Assembly: GCA_951406725.2 (NCBI GenBank)
Contig: OX597833.1
Coordinates: forward strand, 6,572,001-6,636,000
Origin: Octopus vulgaris
Lineage: Eukaryota
Length of the DNA: 64,000 nt
Direction: 5' to 3'
The notes beneath the pieces were generated by a model that did no database searches, was not told where the DNA came from, and worked only from the letters and a program-made list of their open reading frames with translations. Positions 62,590 through 64,000 of the stretch are shown here, piece by piece (position 1 is the first letter of the stretch; the number at the start of each line of letters is the position of its first letter). The translations under genes and the position numbers were made by a program.

Positions 62590-63170
62590 TAGTTTAACTC
62601 TAGCCAGGCTAGCTTATGCGGAAATCAATAAATGTTTCGTTTACCGATTTTTATATCGAAGCAAGTACTTTTAGATTAGCTCAGAGCATCAGGATGATTC
62701 GTCACTGAGGGGATCAAATCCGATCGAAACATTGCGACTGGCGATTCATGGATGTTTTAAGTGAAGCCCTAGTAAAGATATTTATCTTCTGATAAGCAAA
62801 AACCTCTTTGAGATTCTCTGAATCATTAATATTACAGTTAGTGACCTTGCATGTTTGTAATCATATGTTGTAAAGTTTATACACGCTAGTATTTTAATTT
62901 GGTGATGTTTCAAGTTTATTTATGAATTAGTTCTTGCCTGGCCAGCTTTCGCACAAATCAGAAAATGCTTTCTTTACCGGTTTCTGTATCGGAAGAGCAC
63001 TTTTAGTTTAGCTCAGAACATTCACAACCGAGGAAACTGAACCAGGTCGAAACAGCTTGTCTGACGACCCACCGCTCGAGGCCCTGTATTTTTTACCCTC
63101 AAGTCTCTTTGTAAAAAATTTCTCTGGAACAAATTTTTACCGCTGGTGTCATTCTACATTTATTTCTCCT
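62590..63170 (+). repeat. diverged ~332-bp tandem repeat with one type-I hammerhead motif per unit (retrozyme-like)
   Basis: Anchors TTACCG at 62641/62974 and TAGCTCAG at 62677/63009; HHR motifs at 62694..62749 and 63021..63067. Confidence 0.65.
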
Positions 63171-63299
63171 CAGAACAAATTATAAACAAGCAATAAAGCT
63201 GTAGCTTTTTGTAGTTTTCTTTTTTTTTTACACCATATATTTTCCTTTTCCGTTATCAACTTTTGCATCGTGTCTAGTATCACTGTATCACTGTTATCA

Positions 63300-63680
63300 A
63301 ACAAGTCCGTTAATGAAATAAAGCAACGAGAGTGTAATTTCAAAGATAAGCTGTATGTAATTGGTGGTTGCTGTCAGACTTTCATTAAACTATCATCGCC
63401 AACCATCGACAAGACTCAAGTTGTAGACACTGAGTGTATGTCGGGGAAGAAGCGGCTGGGAGACACACATTTATCTTCTCACACACTTCACGTGTTCTTC
63501 GGATTTGGACAGTTCTCTGCTTAAAGACATAAATGACAGCTGTTAATAGCAGTCTGCTACACAGCGAATATATAAACTGGTGGCTCGTCATTTTCAATAT
63601 ATTTCTCACGGAAGCTGAGAGTACAAAATGTGTGACTCCGGATGGATTTGGGCCAATAGCTGACATCTTTGCCATTTTGG
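63300..63680 (+). pseudogene. possible decayed kelch-repeat gene fragment
   Basis: FKDKLYVIGG, then (across stops and frameshifts) LRIWTVL and AVCYTANI*TGG. Confidence 0.3.
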
Positions 63681-63887
63681 TTCTTTGAGAAGAGATACAG
63701 GGAATGACGTGAAATTAATATTGAATAACGGTGAGAGGGAATGGATACAAAAAAAAAAGAGTTAAAACCATTAGGAAATAAAATAAAAAAATAACGAAAT
63801 AAAATAAGAAATATAAATACATATACATATACACACATATATACATACATAAATATATATATACACCTACATACATACATACATACA

Positions 63888-63918
<31 letters not shown>

Positions 63919-64000
63919 TGCATCATATATATATTATTTATATGTGCATGTGTATGTATATACATATGTGTGTGTACATATATATATATATATATATATA

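Overview
Eukaryotic genomic DNA that is AT-rich and saturated with microsatellites. The repeat families (tRNA-Arg-headed SINEs, Helitrons, TA/CA/TATC arrays) suggest a coleoid cephalopod, probably Octopus; this is an inference. The only well-supported gene is on the + strand: the last 10 coding exons (1..47949; 886 codons plus stop, all GT-AG and phase-consistent) of an FG-GAP-repeat/beta-propeller FAM234-like protein. One 1207-nt exon encodes a long low-complexity insert with several furin-type motifs. Introns and downstream DNA hold SINEs, a young CR1/L2-type LINE fragment, R4/Dong-like fragments in (TAA)n, three Helitrons, mariner and DD37D remnants, and several MITEs. The most interesting non-coding signal is a set of about 11 type-I hammerhead ribozyme (HHR) motifs from several families. 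These include one with an intact catalytic core (30680..30730, - strand), a 4-copy ~210-bp element carrying a minimal variant HHR, fold-back hairpins made of inverted HHR termini, and a ~332-bp tandem repeat with one HHR per unit (retrozyme-like, 62590..63170). Most ORF-track entries are microsatellite artefacts. All calls were read by eye, and repeat boundaries are approximate.
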